The notes under the pieces were generated by a model that was given only the letters and a program-made list of their open reading frames with translations, made no database searches and was not told the origin of the DNA. A stretch of DNA of 63,966 bases, filler included, from Basidiobolus ranarum (taxonomy: Eukaryota): the NCBI GenBank assembly GCA_040143965.1. It is 10 parts of 10 records of this genome, joined end to end, with 100 filler letters (N's around TTAATTAATTAA, not from the genome) between each part and the next. Parts side by side here need not be neighbours in the genome. Positions count along the whole stretch, not along the records: positions 57,681 to 63,966 come from JASJQH010008227.1; 9 more parts are not named here. One strand, 5' to 3'. Both the position numbers and the translations under genes were made by a program. The number at the start of each line of letters is the position of its first letter. Within the stretch, counting starts at the first letter, position 1. Of the stretch, positions 63,814 to 63,966 are shown piece after piece.

Positions 63814-63966
63814 GTGTTAAAGTATTTGCGAGCCTGTTGGAAGTGGTTTGGAGATTTAGAGGAATTGGTGGTTTTCACTTATTGAGTTGACATTTATAGT
63901 TTTGTCAAGATGTAAACAAACTAACGTGTAGAATGTGTTAAGGAAGGTCCCAGGAACATGTGTGCA
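63814..63966 (-). mobile_element. Partial Copia LTR running off the window end
   Basis: Starts TGTTAAAGTATTTG and matches 20453-20620. Confidence 0.88.

Noticed and set aside
1-63966. tRNA, rRNA or CRISPR loci
   Set aside because: None recognised by eye. tRNAscan-SE and Infernal were not run, so small RNAs could have been missed.

Overview
Eukaryotic, AT-rich, intron-containing fungal DNA. An early-diverging fungus such as Basidiobolus is plausible, but that is inference only. The window is not one locus. It is ten ~6.3 kb contigs (6325, 6320, 6317, 6315, 6313, 6305, 6300, 6293, 6292, 6286 bp, strictly decreasing) joined by 100-nt N linkers containing TTAATTAATTAA, so gene neighbourhoods across gaps carry no meaning. 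Intact or partial genes: isovaleryl-CoA dehydrogenase, Laa1/HEATR5, ureidoglycolate lyase, G-protein beta subunit, a GLUT-like sugar porter, a Gti1/Pac2 transcription factor start, a Kes1/Osh4-like protein, two near-identical secreted MBL-fold hydrolases, an HSF-domain factor, a secreted Cys-rich protein, an A-T-TE NRPS-like enzyme with an aryl-2-oxo-acid signature, and an intronless 441-aa orphan ORF with a decayed tandem copy. Three decayed conserved genes not resolved by the ORF track were read by hand: SNF12/SMARCD, RPS1/eS1 and a CNT nucleoside transporter. Repeats include a Ty1/Copia family whose ~350-bp LTRs repeatedly sit inside each other, a Copia-in-Copia nest, a Ty3/Gypsy remnant, and a ~2.2-kb repeat of unknown class in a fold-back arrangement. 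The repeats are strongly CpG-depleted. The best candidates for new biology are the NRPS-like enzyme, the orphan ORF and the homogenised MBL pair.
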